From Selaginella moellendorffii (Eukaryota > Plantae > Lycopodiophyta): a DNA stretch of 64,000 nucleotides. The stretch spans positions 744,001-808,000 of the forward strand of contig NW_003314261.1 in the NCBI RefSeq assembly GCF_000143415.4. Reading direction: 5' to 3'. The notes below the pieces were generated by a model, which saw only the letters and a list, made by a program, of their open reading frames with translations, did not search any database and was not told the origin of the DNA. The position numbers were made by a program, and so were the translations under genes. Within the stretch, counting starts at the first letter, position 1, and every line of letters begins with the position of its first letter. This document shows, one piece after another, positions 1-11,717 of the stretch.

Positions 1-899
1 GGGAGGTGCTCAAATTAGCAGAGGAGCGAACTCGTGAGGCACTGAAGAGCTACGAGGAGGCCAAGGCTGCCCGGCCAAGGAAAGAATCGGCCGACAAGAA
101 GAAAGGATGGGAGGCGCCCAACCCGGAGACCGAGGTATCAAAAAAAGCTCCGCAAGAACTCCTTCCCAGGTATGACAAGCCGGACAGACGTCTCTGTGTC
201 AAGGAGCGTTGATCCCTGTCTCTAAATAAAATAGTGGAATTTCGTAAGAAGATGGGTAGTATCCAATAGGATTCAATCTCTAGCGAGCGAACCGTCGAGT
301 CCGTGAGAAGAAGTTCTTCCTCCTTGAGAGAAACAAAAGAAATGATGGAGTGCTTTTTACTTTTTTATTTTAGCCGCGAGACCACCTGTCGTGGCATCAA
401 GACAACTTTGGAAGATCCAAGTCTCTAAATTGCGACACTAAGCACCAGATCAACAACTCTTCCTTGTGTTCCTCTAGGATCTCTGCCAAGTCTCTCCCGG
501 ACAAATTGGTGGACACAAGTTTTCTTTGGGAATGATTCATAGGATCTTCGCAAGAATGAGGTGCCTGGAGTTCGTTCTTGCTCACGAACGATCAAGGTCT
601 GGGACTCAAGCCATATGCTCTGGTGCGTCAAGACTTTCACCAGCAGCTAGATGAAAAAATAGAAGCAAACACATTGTCAATCCAATTTGAGGATTCTTGT
701 TTAGGGAAGTCTTCACCAGGATATTGGTCATAATTGAAAATCATTGTTCGTTATAGCATCACACTATATTTGCTGACAAGGAAGTTCACCAGACAAGCTT
801 GTGGCCCAATGTCAGCTCACCCATTAACCAATTTATAATTCTCCAGATGAGAGTTTAAACTTGAACAAACTATTTGTGAGGATTGTTCAGGCTTTCTGT

Positions 900-1360
900 T
901 GATCTCTACATGTGATCCTCGCGAGCTTACTTCCCCGATTGATGCCCGTGCACGACAGGACGACAACGGAGCAACCTCGTCGAGTGCTACGTCCAGAATG
1001 CTATGTACCAAGGAGGCACCGGAGATTTACAAGGAGATGGTAAGAGAAGAGATCTCCATCGACACTTACACACTTTCCAGCATCTCCTCTAGGCACCCGC
1101 ACTTCGTGAAGAGATGGATCAAAGACGTGGCCACCACCACGTCCTTCTGAAATCCAAGCTCCCCGGCTTTTCACCCCTTCTTTGTCCAAGAGCTTGCATG
1201 CTGCCAGGGCCTTTCGGTCCATGGCAGCAATGCGAGACACACTGGAAGATGCGATCACAGGGGCTGGAGCCGGATGCTTTCACGTACGTAGCAATCCTTG
1301 GAGCTTGCTCAGTCCGGATCCTTTGCGATAACGGCAAGCACATCCACAAGTCACATACTT
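900..1360 (+). pseudogene. Decayed PPR fragment, copy 1
   Basis: PPR-like pieces EIYKEMVREEISIDTYTLSS and MRSQGLEPDAFTYVAILGACS in different frames; its start is homologous to 7420-7460. Confidence 0.7.
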
Positions 1361-1955
1361 GAGAGCAAACAACACTTTGGAAACATAAGTGTGAGGAAGA
1401 CGCTCCATCACCATGTATCCGAAGTGTGGACTCCAAGAGCTTGTTCCTCACCCTGGAGTTGTAAACTGGAATTTGTTCATAAGCCCGCGAGTATCAACGC
1501 TGAGGATCATCAAAAACTTGAGTTTTCCAACAGTATGACAGTCCGAGCATGGCGTCCAAGATGATAAACTGGCATATTATTGCCCGAGATGGAACTCGGT
1601 TTCATCACTTTGATATAGAATTTGCTCTACTGTCTCTCTTTCTTCTGGGATTTTAAGTTTCAGTGATCGAAGATCAAATAGAGATCTCGTCAACCAAAGG
1701 GGGAATTCTACAACATCGGACGTTGGAAAAACCATTGTACGGCAAGACACAAAGAGAAGCAGTGATCACAGTCACTGCTGTTTCTTTCTCATCACCATTT
1801 AAAAGAAAAGAAAAGAAAAGGAAAAAAAAAACGAACCATAATGATGGGATGACTAGTTTCTCGATAGAAGAAGAAATCCTGGAAAACTGTAATTAGCTCC
1901 TAGAGAGCTGCCAGAGAGATTTTTAAACTCCAATCCCTTGAGCTTGCTTCTAAAG

Positions 1956-2979
1956 CTCCATTGACCGGAGTTTCCCCGGGATGTGATCTCTCACGTTGAA
2001 AACCCCGGCCAGCCTCAAAATGTCCACTATCGCTTGCACAAACTTGTCGACATCAGCCAGCATGTAAGTTATCACGTTCATGTTCATGCGAGCAGAACGG
2101 ACTCCCGCGTTCGTCACAGAGGGGTCGAGCAAGACCTCTCGTCTCTGGAAATTACTTTGGAGACCACTACAGTGGTATAGCTTTCAGCCAATACACTCCA
2201 GAAGTGAAATTCTACAGGAAACTTATCAACAAATTCGCTGGCTGGACGTCCAAGGTTTGGAGAAGCAATAAGATCATGGACAGGGTAAACAGGCACCTCT
2301 TTTCAATCTTGCAAGATCGGCGTGAGAACCTCCGGTTTTCACCAGCGAGGAGCCCATGGCATTCATAGACGTGCTCATTTCCAGAGAAAATCTCTGAGAC
2401 ATCATCATAGTCTCTTGCTCGTTAAGTTTTAGCTCAACATGGAAAAATGGAATCTCACAGGATCTGTTGCTAGGAGCTCTAGCTACCTCGGCTCTCTCGC
2501 TGGAATGGGCTATGGCCGATCTTCTCAGGAATCGCCGAGTTCTCGGCTCAGAGCCAGATCGATGCAAAGAAAAGCTTGTGGACGAGTCGGACATTGCAAA
2601 GCTTCCATACATCGAGGCCATAGCCAAGGAAACACTGAGACTCCTGGCTCAGCTAGCTCTTCCCAATATCGTCCAAGGAGGCCCGATTAAACTCAGGGGC
2701 TATACCATCCCGGACGATACCACGATCTACATCAACACCTACTGGATCGCCATGGACGAGAGGTTTTGGAAAGACCCTCTAGAGTTTCGCCCGCAGTGTT
2801 TCATGCCAGACATCGATGCCTTTGGCCATGGCAGGAGAATTTGCCCTGGTGCCAAGCTCGGCGACTGGAAGCTGGATGGTGATCTGGGGAAGATGAATAT
2901 GGATAAAACCTGGTTTGTCTGTCAATGCTTTCACTGTTGTAGTTTCTTTGAAAGAAAGATGATCCCACATAAAATATAA
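1956..2979 (+). pseudogene. Cytochrome P450 (CYP71 clan-like) pseudogene, copy 1
   Basis: K-helix KETLRL, PERF-like PLEFRPQCF, heme motif FGHGRRICPG; frameshifts and internal deletions; no N-terminus. Confidence 0.85.
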
Positions 2980-3061
2980 GCTGATTTCGTGTACGATTTT
3001 AGTCCAACCACAAAAGGTAGCTATATTTTATTCACCAAAGCTGTGCGAGTTAGGGTTTGCG

Positions 3062-3298
3062 ATGGAGTGGATGAGCCCAAGACTTAGGGAGGTGCTCAAA
3101 TTAGCAGAGGAGCGAACTCGTGAGGCACTGAAGAGCTACGAGGAGGCCAAGGCTGCCCGGCCAAGGAAAGAATCGGCCGACAAGAAGAAAGGATGGGAGG
3201 CGCCCAACCCGGAGACCGAGGTATCAAAAAAAGCTCCGCAAGAACTCCTTCCCAGGTATGACAAGCCGGACAGACGTCTCTGTGTCAAGGAGCGTTGA
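3062..3298 (+). CDS. Small charged orphan ORF, 78 aa (other copies 6-212, 6186-6425, 29713-29949; relative at 8823-9040)
   Basis: ATG preceded by an AT-rich TATA-like box and TTAGGGTTT; no recognised domain. Confidence 0.35.
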   Translation: MEWMSPRLREVLKLAEERTREALKSYEEAKAARPRKESADKKKGWEAPNPETEVSKKAPQELLPRYDKPDRRLCVKER

Positions 3299-3985
3299 TC
3301 CCTGTCTCTAAATAAAATAGTGGAATTTCGTAAGAAGATGGGTAGTATCCAATAGGATTCAATCTCTAGCGAGCGAACCGTCGAGTCCGTGAGAAGAAGT
3401 TCTTCCTCCTTGAGAGAAACAAAAGAAATGATGGAGTGCTTTTTACTTTTTTATTTTAGCCGCGAGACCACCTGTCGTGGCATCAAGACAACTTTGGAAG
3501 ATCCAAGTCTCTAAATTGCGACACTAAGCACCAGATCAACAACTCTTCCTTGTGTTCCTCTAGGATCTCTGCCAAGTCTCTCCCGGACAAATTGGTGGAC
3601 ACAAGTTTTCTTTGGGAATGATTCATAGGATCTTCGCAAGAATGAGGTGCCTGGAGTTCGTTCTTGCTCACGAACGATCAAGGTCTGGGACTCAAGCCAT
3701 ATGCTCTGGTGCGTCAAGACTTTCACCAGCAGCTAGATGAAAAAATAGAAGCAAACACATTGTCAATCCAATTTGAGGATTCTTGTTTAGGGAAGTCTTC
3801 ACCAGGATATTGGTCATAATTGAAAATCATTGTTCGTTATAGCATCACACTATATTTGCTGACAAGGAAGTTCACCAGACAAGCTTGTGGCCCAATGTCA
3901 GCTCACCCATTAACCAATTTATAATTCTCCAGATGAGAGTTTAAACTTGAACAAACTATTTGTGAGGATTGTTCAGGCTTTCTGT

Positions 3986-4446
3986 TGATCTCTACATGTG
4001 ATCCTCGCGAGCTTACTTCCCCGATTGATGCCCGTGCACGACAGGACGACAACGGAGCAACCTCGTCGAGTGCTACGTCCAGAATGCTATGTACCAAGGA
4101 GGCACCGGAGATTTACAAGGAGATGGTAAGAGAAGAGATCTCCATCGACACTTACACACTTTCCAGCATCTCCTCTAGGCACCCGCACTTCGTGAAGAGA
4201 TGGATCAAAGACGTGGCCACCACCACGTCCTTCTGAAATCCAAGCTCCCCGGCTTTTCACCCCTTCTTTGTCCAAGAGCTTGCATGCTGCCAGGGCCTTT
4301 CGGTCCATGGCAGCAATGCGAGACACACTGGAAGATGCGATCACAGGGGCTGGAGCCGGATGCTTTCACGTACGTAGCAATCCTTGGAGCTTGCTCAGTC
4401 CGGATCCTTTGCGATAACGGCAAGCACATCCACAAGTCACATACTT
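3986..4446 (+). pseudogene. Decayed PPR fragment, copy 2
   Basis: Duplicate of 900-1360. Confidence 0.7.
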
Positions 4447-5042
4447 GAGAGCAAACAACACTTTGGAAACATAAGTGTGAGGAAGACGCTCCATCACCAT
4501 GTATCCGAAGTGTGGACTCCAAGAGCTTGTTCCTCACCCTGGAGTTGTAAACTGGAATTTGTTCATAAGCCCGCGAGTATCGACGCTGAGGATCATCAAA
4601 AACTTGAGTTTTCCAACAGTATGACAGTCCGAGCATGGCGTCCAAGATGATAAACTGGCATATTATTGCCCGAGATGGAACTCGGTTTCATCACTTTGAT
4701 ATAGAATTTGCTCTACTGTCTCTCTTTCTTCTGGGATTTTAAGTTTCAGTGATCGAAGATCAAATAGAGATCTTGTCAACCAAAGGGGGAATTCTACAAC
4801 ATCGGACGTTGGAAAAACCATTGTACGGCAAGACACAAAGAGAAGCAGTGATCACAGTCACTGCTGTTTCTTTCTCATCGCCATTTAAAAGAAAAGAAAA
4901 GAAAAGGAAAAAAAAAAACGAACCATAATGATGGGATGACTAGTTTCTCGATAGAAGAAGAAATCCTGGAAAACTGTAATTAGCTCCTAGAGAGCTGCCA
5001 GAGAGATTTTTAAACTCCAATCCCTTGAGCTTGCTTCTAAAG

Positions 5043-5958
5043 CTCCATTGACCGGAGTTTCCCCGGGATGTGATCTCTCACGTTGAAAACCCCGGCCAGC
5101 CTCAAAATGTCCACTATCGCTTGCACAAACTTGTCGACATCAGCCAGCATGTAAGTTATCACGTTCATGTTCATGCGAGCAGAACGGACTCCCGCGTTCG
5201 TCACAGAGGGGTCGAGCAAGACCTCTCGTCTCTGGAAATTACTTTGGAGACCACTACAGTGGTATAGCTTTCAGCCAATACACTCCAGAAGTGAAATTCT
5301 ACAGGAAACTTATCAACAAATTCGCTGGCTGGACGTCCAAGGTTTGGAGAAGCAATAAGATCATGGACAGGGTAAACAGGCACCTCTTTTCAATCTTGCA
5401 AGATCGGCGTGAGAACCTCCGGTTTTCACCAGCGAGGAGCCCATGGCATTCATAGACGTGCTCATTTCCAGAGAAAATCTCTGAGACATCATCATAGTCT
5501 CTTGCTCGTTAAGTTTTAGCTCAACATGGAAAAATGGAATCTCACAGGATCTGTTGCTAGGAGCTCTAGCTACCTCGGCTCTCTCGCTGGAATGGGCTAT
5601 GGCCGATCTTCTCAGGAATCGCCGAGTTCTCGGCTCAGAGCCAGATCGATGCAAAGAAAAGCTTGTGGACGAGTAGGACATTGCAAAGCTTCCATACATC
5701 GAGGCCATAGCCAAGGAAACACTGAGACTCCTGGCTCAGCTAGCTCTTCCCAATATCGTCCAAGGAGGCCCGATTAAACTCAGGGGCTATACCATCCCGG
5801 ACGATACCACGATCTACATCAACACCTACTGGATCGCCATGGACGAGAGGTTTTGGAAAGACCCTCTAGAGTTTCGCCCGCAGTGTTTCATGCCAGACAT
5901 CGATGCCTTTGGCCATGGCAGGAGAATTTGCCCTGGTGCCAAGCTCGGCGACTGGAAG
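5043..5958 (+). pseudogene. Cytochrome P450 pseudogene, copy 2
   Basis: Duplicate of copy 1 with an extra TCG>TAG stop near 5674 and a different 3' continuation after GDWK. Confidence 0.85.
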
Positions 5959-6981
5959 CCTGGATCAAACCTGTGGACTGGTTTGTCAAAAGAGTCAACC
6001 ACCGTTTGTAATATTAAGGAAACAATTATCGAGCACTATTAGTGCTTCCATTCTTTCCACTGTCAATGCTTTCACTGTTTCTTTGAAAGAAAGATGATCC
6101 CACATAAAATATAAGCTGATTTCGTGTACGATTTTAGTCCAACCACAAAGGGTAGCTACCAAAGCTGTGTGAGTTAGGGTTTGCGATGGAGTGGATGAGC
6201 CCAAGACTTAGGGAGGTGCTCAAATTAGCAGAGGAGAAAATGAAGAGCTACGAGGAGGTCAAGGCTGCCCGGCCAAGGAAAGAATCGGCCGACAAGAAGA
6301 AAGGATGGGAGGCGCCCAACCCGGAGACCGAGGTATCAAAAAAAGCTCCGCAAGAACTCCTTCCCAGGTATGACAAGCCCCGGACAGACGTCTCTGTGTC
6401 AAGGAGCGTTGATCCCTGTCTCTAAATAAAATAATGGAATTTCGTAAGAAGATGGGTAATATCCAATAGGAATTCAATCTCTAGCGAGCGAACCGTCGAG
6501 TCCGTGAGAAGAAGTTCTTCCTCCTTTGAGCCCAGAAACAAAAGAAATGATGGAGTGCTTTTTACTTTTTTATTTTAGCCGCGAGACTCAAGACAACTTT
6601 GGAAGATCCAAGTCTCTAAATTGCGACACTAAGCACCAGATCAACAACTCTTCCTTGTGTTCCTCTAGGATCTCTGCCAAGTCTCTCCCGGACAAATTGG
6701 TGGACACAAGTTTTCTTTGGGAATGATTCATAGGATCTTTGCAAGAATGAGGTGCCCGGAGTTCGTTCTTGCTCACGAACGACCAAGATCTGGGACTCAA
6801 GCCATATGCTCTGGTGCGTCAAAACTTTCACCGGCAGCTAGATGAAAAAATAGAAGCAAACACATTGCCAATAGTATCAAAGGCCTGTTCATTCCTCTCC
6901 AATTTGAGGATTCTTGTTTAGGGAAGTCTTCATCAGGATATTGGTCATAAGGACTTCTAGCTTGAAAAACATTGCTCGTTA

Positions 6982-7260
6982 ATGTTTTATTTCGTTAAAG
7001 TGGGTATCCCACTTATGGTGTGTGGCCACATGCCATTTTTATAACAACAATAAAAAATTGAAGTTATAACTTTATAATTTATAAATTAAAAACTTTTCAT
7101 ATGATTTTGTGTTATAATATTGTGAAATATAAAAAAATAAATTAAAAAACTAATAGAAATATTAATAAATATTAATTAAGTACTAGGAAATGGCATGTGG
7201 ACACATGCTAATTAATGTCCCACTTTACTGAATAAATCCCACTTTAACGAAATAAAACAT
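6982..7260. mobile_element. MITE, 279 bp, 23-bp TIRs, 4-bp TSD GTTA
   Basis: ATGTTTTATTTCGTTAAAGTGGG ... CCCACTTTAACGAAATAAAACAT, flanked by GTTA on both sides; the empty site cgttatagc is seen in the other copies (e.g. near 750 and 3836). Confidence 0.9.
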
Positions 7261-7419
7261 GTTATAGCATCACACTATTTTTGCTGACAAGGAAGTTCAC
7301 CAGACAAGCTTGTGGCCCAATGTCAGCTCACCCATTAACCAATTTATAATTCTCCAGATGAGAGTTTAAACTTGAACAAACTATTTGTGAGGATTGTTCA
7401 AGCTTTCTGTTGATCTCTA

Positions 7420-8190
7420 CATGTGATCCTCGCGAGCTTACTTCCCGGATTGATGCCCGCGCACGACAGGACGACAATGGATCTCGACATCTGCGGGAAA
7501 CTCTTCCAGGAGGTCCAGACCCGTGACGTAGCGTCGTGGATTGCTGCATACACCGCGAATGGGCATCACTACGAGTTCCTGAAGCTCTCCAGCGGCAAAA
7601 CCAGGAAGATCTTAACCTGTGAGACGCGAATCTGGCCGTGACACCGACCTCGCTACGGTTTCCCCGAGCTCTGAAGCTGCTCAAACGGAGTTACCTGGGA
7701 GGAGCGCTCGCTTTATCTACGCGGACTTGAACTTCTGCAGTGGGAAACGCCATCTGCACGCAACGAGGCTCCGTTTTCCTGTCCGCGAAACTCTACACCG
7801 AGGACGAGTTAAGTGCTCGAGTACGTCAAGGCCCTGGACGGAACACCTTCGAGAAAAGCACCATCAGCCTTGATCGGAGCATTCTACAAGGTGGCCTCGC
7901 TGAGCGTCCTGAGTCGAGGATCACCATTTGCGACTACGCCAAGAACTGGAGCACTCGCTTGATCTCGGCTCGGATGCGGACTGGAGTTGCCTGCTCATCG
8001 ACATCCGCAGCTTGGAAGATGCTCGTAAGTGTTTCGAGAGGAGCTCTGGACAAACGGCAGAAGGATGCTTCCACATGAGGATGGCGCTGGAAGGCGGTGC
8101 TAAGCGTCCTGGAAGTGAACAGAAGAGAGCTCCTCCACGGGAGAGGCTGGCAAACGGACGTCTTGGTCGGGACCGTGGCGCTCAACGTTC
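7420..8190 (+). pseudogene. Internally deleted, frameshifted paralog of the 9156 PPR gene
   Basis: Colinear blocks shared with 9440-10720 (GLMPAHD, ICGKLFQEVQTR, SDADWSCLLID, cttggtcgggaccg). Confidence 0.85.
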
Positions 8191-9155
8191 AGGCTGGTCT
8201 CTGATTTATTTAGCAAGGTGTATAGTTCCGCACGCTAATGTTAAATGAAAATGGTAAGAAATCTTAATCTACAAAGTAATAGCAAAGTTACCAAATCAGT
8301 GCTTGAGAGTAGTAATCCTGATTGATTAGATTGTTACGTCTCATGTTCAAGAGTCTTTCTCCAAGACATACTTTCGTTATACAAGGAATGGCATCCTTTA
8401 CAAACAGTGTAAAAAACAAACATTAAAAATAAAATGCAAACCTGTCATCCAGGTGTACGATGTTAGAGGAGCCCATCTTAAAAGGAAATATATGAAACGA
8501 CTTTCGATGTACAGTGAATTGAACCACAAAATCCGTGTAGATTTGATTGGGGGGCGCTGAAAAGAACGAGTAATCGAGATTCAAGCAGGACTCACCATTG
8601 TGAGATAGTTCTCGGAAAAAGAGCTTCACGTTCGTAAAAATTGACGTGAGCATCAGTGATATCCAGGCTGAAGACATACCAGAATACCATGGATCTCTGA
8701 AATATCCACCTGAAAGTTTAAAAGGATGCCGTGGGATGAGCTGGGCAGACACGTAAGCAAACGTGGCTGCCGCCGTGGCTTTATTATGTTATTTATGGAG
8801 GCCCTGCGAGTTAGGGCTTGCGATGGAGAGCATTAGCGAGGCTCTGAAAATGGCAGCTCGTGAGGCAAAGAAGAAGCGACATAGCCGATGCGAGGAGCAG
8901 GCCCGGGCTGCCGAAGAAGCCCTAGAAAACAGCCTTTGCCGGACGAGGAAAGAATAGGCGCCCAACCCCGAGCCCCATGTATCAAAAAAATCCCCGCAAG
9001 AACTCCTTCCCAGGTATGACAAGTCTGTTGAGGAGCGATGATCCAATAAAACTAGTGAACCTTTGTAAGACACGGGTAGTTTCCAATGCGATCGCGTCGT
9101 GAAGTGGGGATCTTACTTCCATTTCTAGCAGAATCTCGATCAAGCCTGCGATCGG

Positions 9156-11564
9156 ATGATCTCCTCCTCCAAGCAGCGAGCAGCAATCAGCGATTCCAGC
9201 GCTTTCGCGTCGATTCTCTGGAGCTGCGGCAATCTCGAGCAGGGGAAGAGTATCCAGGCATGGATGATCGACAATGGAGGGATGGACAGGGGGACCTTCT
9301 TCGGCAATCTCTTGGTCCAGATGTTTGGGAGCTGTGGCAGCATTGAGAATGCACAGGCAGCGTTCCATCGAATCCACGGCCGGAACTTCTTCTCGTGGAA
9401 GATCTTGCTTGCGGCGTATGCCCAGAACGGGGAAATGACCCTCGCGAGCTCGCTGCTTGGATTGATGCCCGCCCACGACACCGTCGCGTGGACAACCATG
9501 ATCACTGGCTATGGAAAGAGCGGCAATCTCCACATTTGCGAGAAACTCTTCCAGGAGATCCAGACCCGGGAGGACTGTGGAGTGGCGTCTTGGAACGCGA
9601 TGATCGCGGCATACACCGCGAATGGGCATCACAGCGAGAGGGCTCGGACGGGAAAGCTCATGCTCTTGGATGGAATCCGCCCAAACAAATCCACTCTCAT
9701 GAATCTCCTGGAGCTCTCCAACACCAGGAAGCTTTGCCAGTGTTTGATCGAAGAGACCGAGCTCCAGTGTGATCCCACTGTGGGAGCTTCGCTGTTGAGA
9801 GCTCACGGGCGATCTGGAAAGCTTGCGGAGGCGAGAGCCATCTTTGAGAGGATCCGGGGTGACAAGACTCTCATCGCTGGAAACACCATGCTCTGGGCTT
9901 ACGCGCGAAACAGCTGCTTGGTGGAAGCTCGCGAGTTCTTCGAGGGGATGGCTCGACGGGACGTTGTCTCGTGGACGACGCTCTTCTCGGGATGGATCCA
10001 GCAGCAGCATACTGGCGATGGCGATCTTCGCGATCTTCATCGGGCCAAGAGCGTCTTCGATCGAATGCCCCAGTGGAACACTGTCTCCTGGAACTCAATG
10101 CTGGCGGGGCTCGGATCCAGCGGAGAAGTCGAGGCTGCGGAGGAGATGTTTGAGCTGCGAGCCGGAGGAGAGCTCCGAGACGTCGTGACTTGGAACTCGA
10201 TGATCACGTCCTACGCTCGCCATGGGAGCTTCTCTCGAGCGCTGAGCCTGCTCAAGCGGATGGACTTGGAAGGGGAGCCTCCAAACCGAGTTACGTGGAT
10301 CACCATCCTCGACTGCTGCGATGATCTCCAACATGGAAGGCTGCTTCACGACGAACTGGAGCGCTCGCCTGATCTCAGCTCGGACGCGGACTTGAGTTGC
10401 CTGCTCATCGACATGTACGGGAAATGCCACAGCCTGGAAGACGCTTGCAAGTCCTTCGAGAAGAGCTCCACCACCACCAGTGTAAGGTCATGGACTGCAT
10501 TAGTCGGAGCGTTTGTTGCAAACGGCTCAAACCGGAGAGCGATTGAGAGCTTCCACAGAATGGTGCTGGAGGGCGTCCATTTTGACAAGGTGGCCGTGCT
10601 GAGCGTGCTGGAAGCCTGCTCTGGAGCCGGAAACTTGGACAGAGGACAGCTCCTCCATCGCTATGCGGTCGAGAGAGGCTGGCAAACGGACGTCTTGGTC
10701 GGGACCGCGGCGCTCAACATGTACGTCAAGTGTGGGAGATTCGAGCAGTCGAAGCTCGTCTTCGATGCCTTGCCGGAGAAGAGCCTCGTGTCGTGGACGT
10801 CGATGGTGTCCAGCTATGCCGGGAGCGGACGCTTTGCCGAGGCGCTGAGAGCTTTCAAGCTCATGGACTTGGCCGGCCTGGGAATGGACGGTGTCGCTCT
10901 GGCTTGCATCTTCGACGTCTGCGCGGCCTTCACAGCTCTCTCGGACGGCAGCGCTGTCTACTCGAGCGTCGAGGCGAGCGGCGAGAAGCTCGATGTCACT
11001 GCTGGAGCAGCCGCCATCAACATGTATGGAAAATGCGGAGATGTGTCGAGCGCGGCGGAGATCTTCTCGCAGTACCGGGCCTGGGAGTGGAGTTTGGTGC
11101 TCTGCACGACAATGGTGGCCGCCTTTGCTCGAAACGGACATGGCCGACGAGCTCACGAGCTTTTTGAGTTGATTGAGCTTCAAGGACTAGAACTGGACGT
11201 TGTCAGCTTCACCACCATTCTTGCTGCGTGTAGCGCTGCCGGGCTGCTCCACGACGGTCACGGGTACTTTGTTTCCATGAGAGGGGACTATGCTCTCGCT
11301 GCCACCATGGATCACTACGTTTGCGTGATCGATCTGCTGGCAAGATCTGGGCGAGTTGACGAGGGCCTAGCTTTGCTGACAACCATGCCTTTTGAGCCTG
11401 ATGGAGTCTCGTGGGTGACTGTGTTGAGCAGCTGCAAAACTCATGGCGATTTTGATGTGGCTGCCACCCTTGCTGCTCGAGTGCCTGCCTCGGAAGCCGA
11501 TCATCCAGGAGCGCTCGTTACATTCTTTAATCTCATTGCAGATTCATCACCATTGCTCGGTTAG
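9156..11564 (+). CDS. PLS-class pentatricopeptide repeat protein with C-terminal E-like region, no DYW; intronless
   Basis: 802-aa ORF with repeated VSWNSML/VVTWNSMI/LIDMYGKC motifs, ending HYVCVIDLLARSG..MPFEPDGVSWVTVLSSCKTHGD. Confidence 0.93.
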   Translation: MISSSKQRAAISDSSAFASILWSCGNLEQGKSIQAWMIDNGGMDRGTFFGNLLVQMFGSCGSIENAQAAFHRIHGRNFFSWKILLAAYAQNGEMTLASSLLGLMPAHDTVAWTTMITGYGKSGNLHICEKLFQEIQTREDCGVASWNAMIAAYTANGHHSERARTGKLMLLDGIRPNKSTLMNLLELSNTRKLCQCLIEETELQCDPTVGASLLRAHGRSGKLAEARAIFERIRGDKTLIAGNTMLWAYARNSCLVEAREFFEGMARRDVVSWTTLFSGWIQQQHTGDGDLRDLHRAKSVFDRMPQWNTVSWNSMLAGLGSSGEVEAAEEMFELRAGGELRDVVTWNSMITSYARHGSFSRALSLLKRMDLEGEPPNRVTWITILDCCDDLQHGRLLHDELERSPDLSSDADLSCLLIDMYGKCHSLEDACKSFEKSSTTTSVRSWTALVGAFVANGSNRRAIESFHRMVLEGVHFDKVAVLSVLEACSGAGNLDRGQLLHRYAVERGWQTDVLVGTAALNMYVKCGRFEQSKLVFDALPEKSLVSWTSMVSSYAGSGRFAEALRAFKLMDLAGLGMDGVALACIFDVCAAFTALSDGSAVYSSVEASGEKLDVTAGAAAINMYGKCGDVSSAAEIFSQYRAWEWSLVLCTTMVAAFARNGHGRRAHELFELIELQGLELDVVSFTTILAACSAAGLLHDGHGYFVSMRGDYALAATMDHYVCVIDLLARSGRVDEGLALLTTMPFEPDGVSWVTVLSSCKTHGDFDVAATLAARVPASEADHPGALVTFFNLIADSSPLLG

Positions 11565-11717
11565 AAAACGATACCAAACAGATTTTTTACCTCAACAGTT
11601 CCAACAAATGTTGGAACGAGGTTCAAGTCGAGTTGCTATTGTGACCAATCTGTCGCCGACGGATTTCCATTTCAGATGAGTGCTGAGTCCATGTCCGACA
11701 GTGGAGCTGGATTGGAA

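Larger units (their letters stand above)
1..5958 (+). repeat. Near-identical tandem duplication, period 3086-3087 bp (P450 pseudogene + small ORF + PPR fragment); a diverged third copy continues to about 7450
   Basis: Identical ORFs recur at +3086/+3087 offsets (425/3511, 899/3985, 1983/5070) with only scattered SNPs. Confidence 0.95.

Noticed and set aside
1-6000. Helitron origin of the chimeric tandem unit
   Set aside because: No convincing 5' TC or 3' hairpin plus CTRR terminus at the unit junction.
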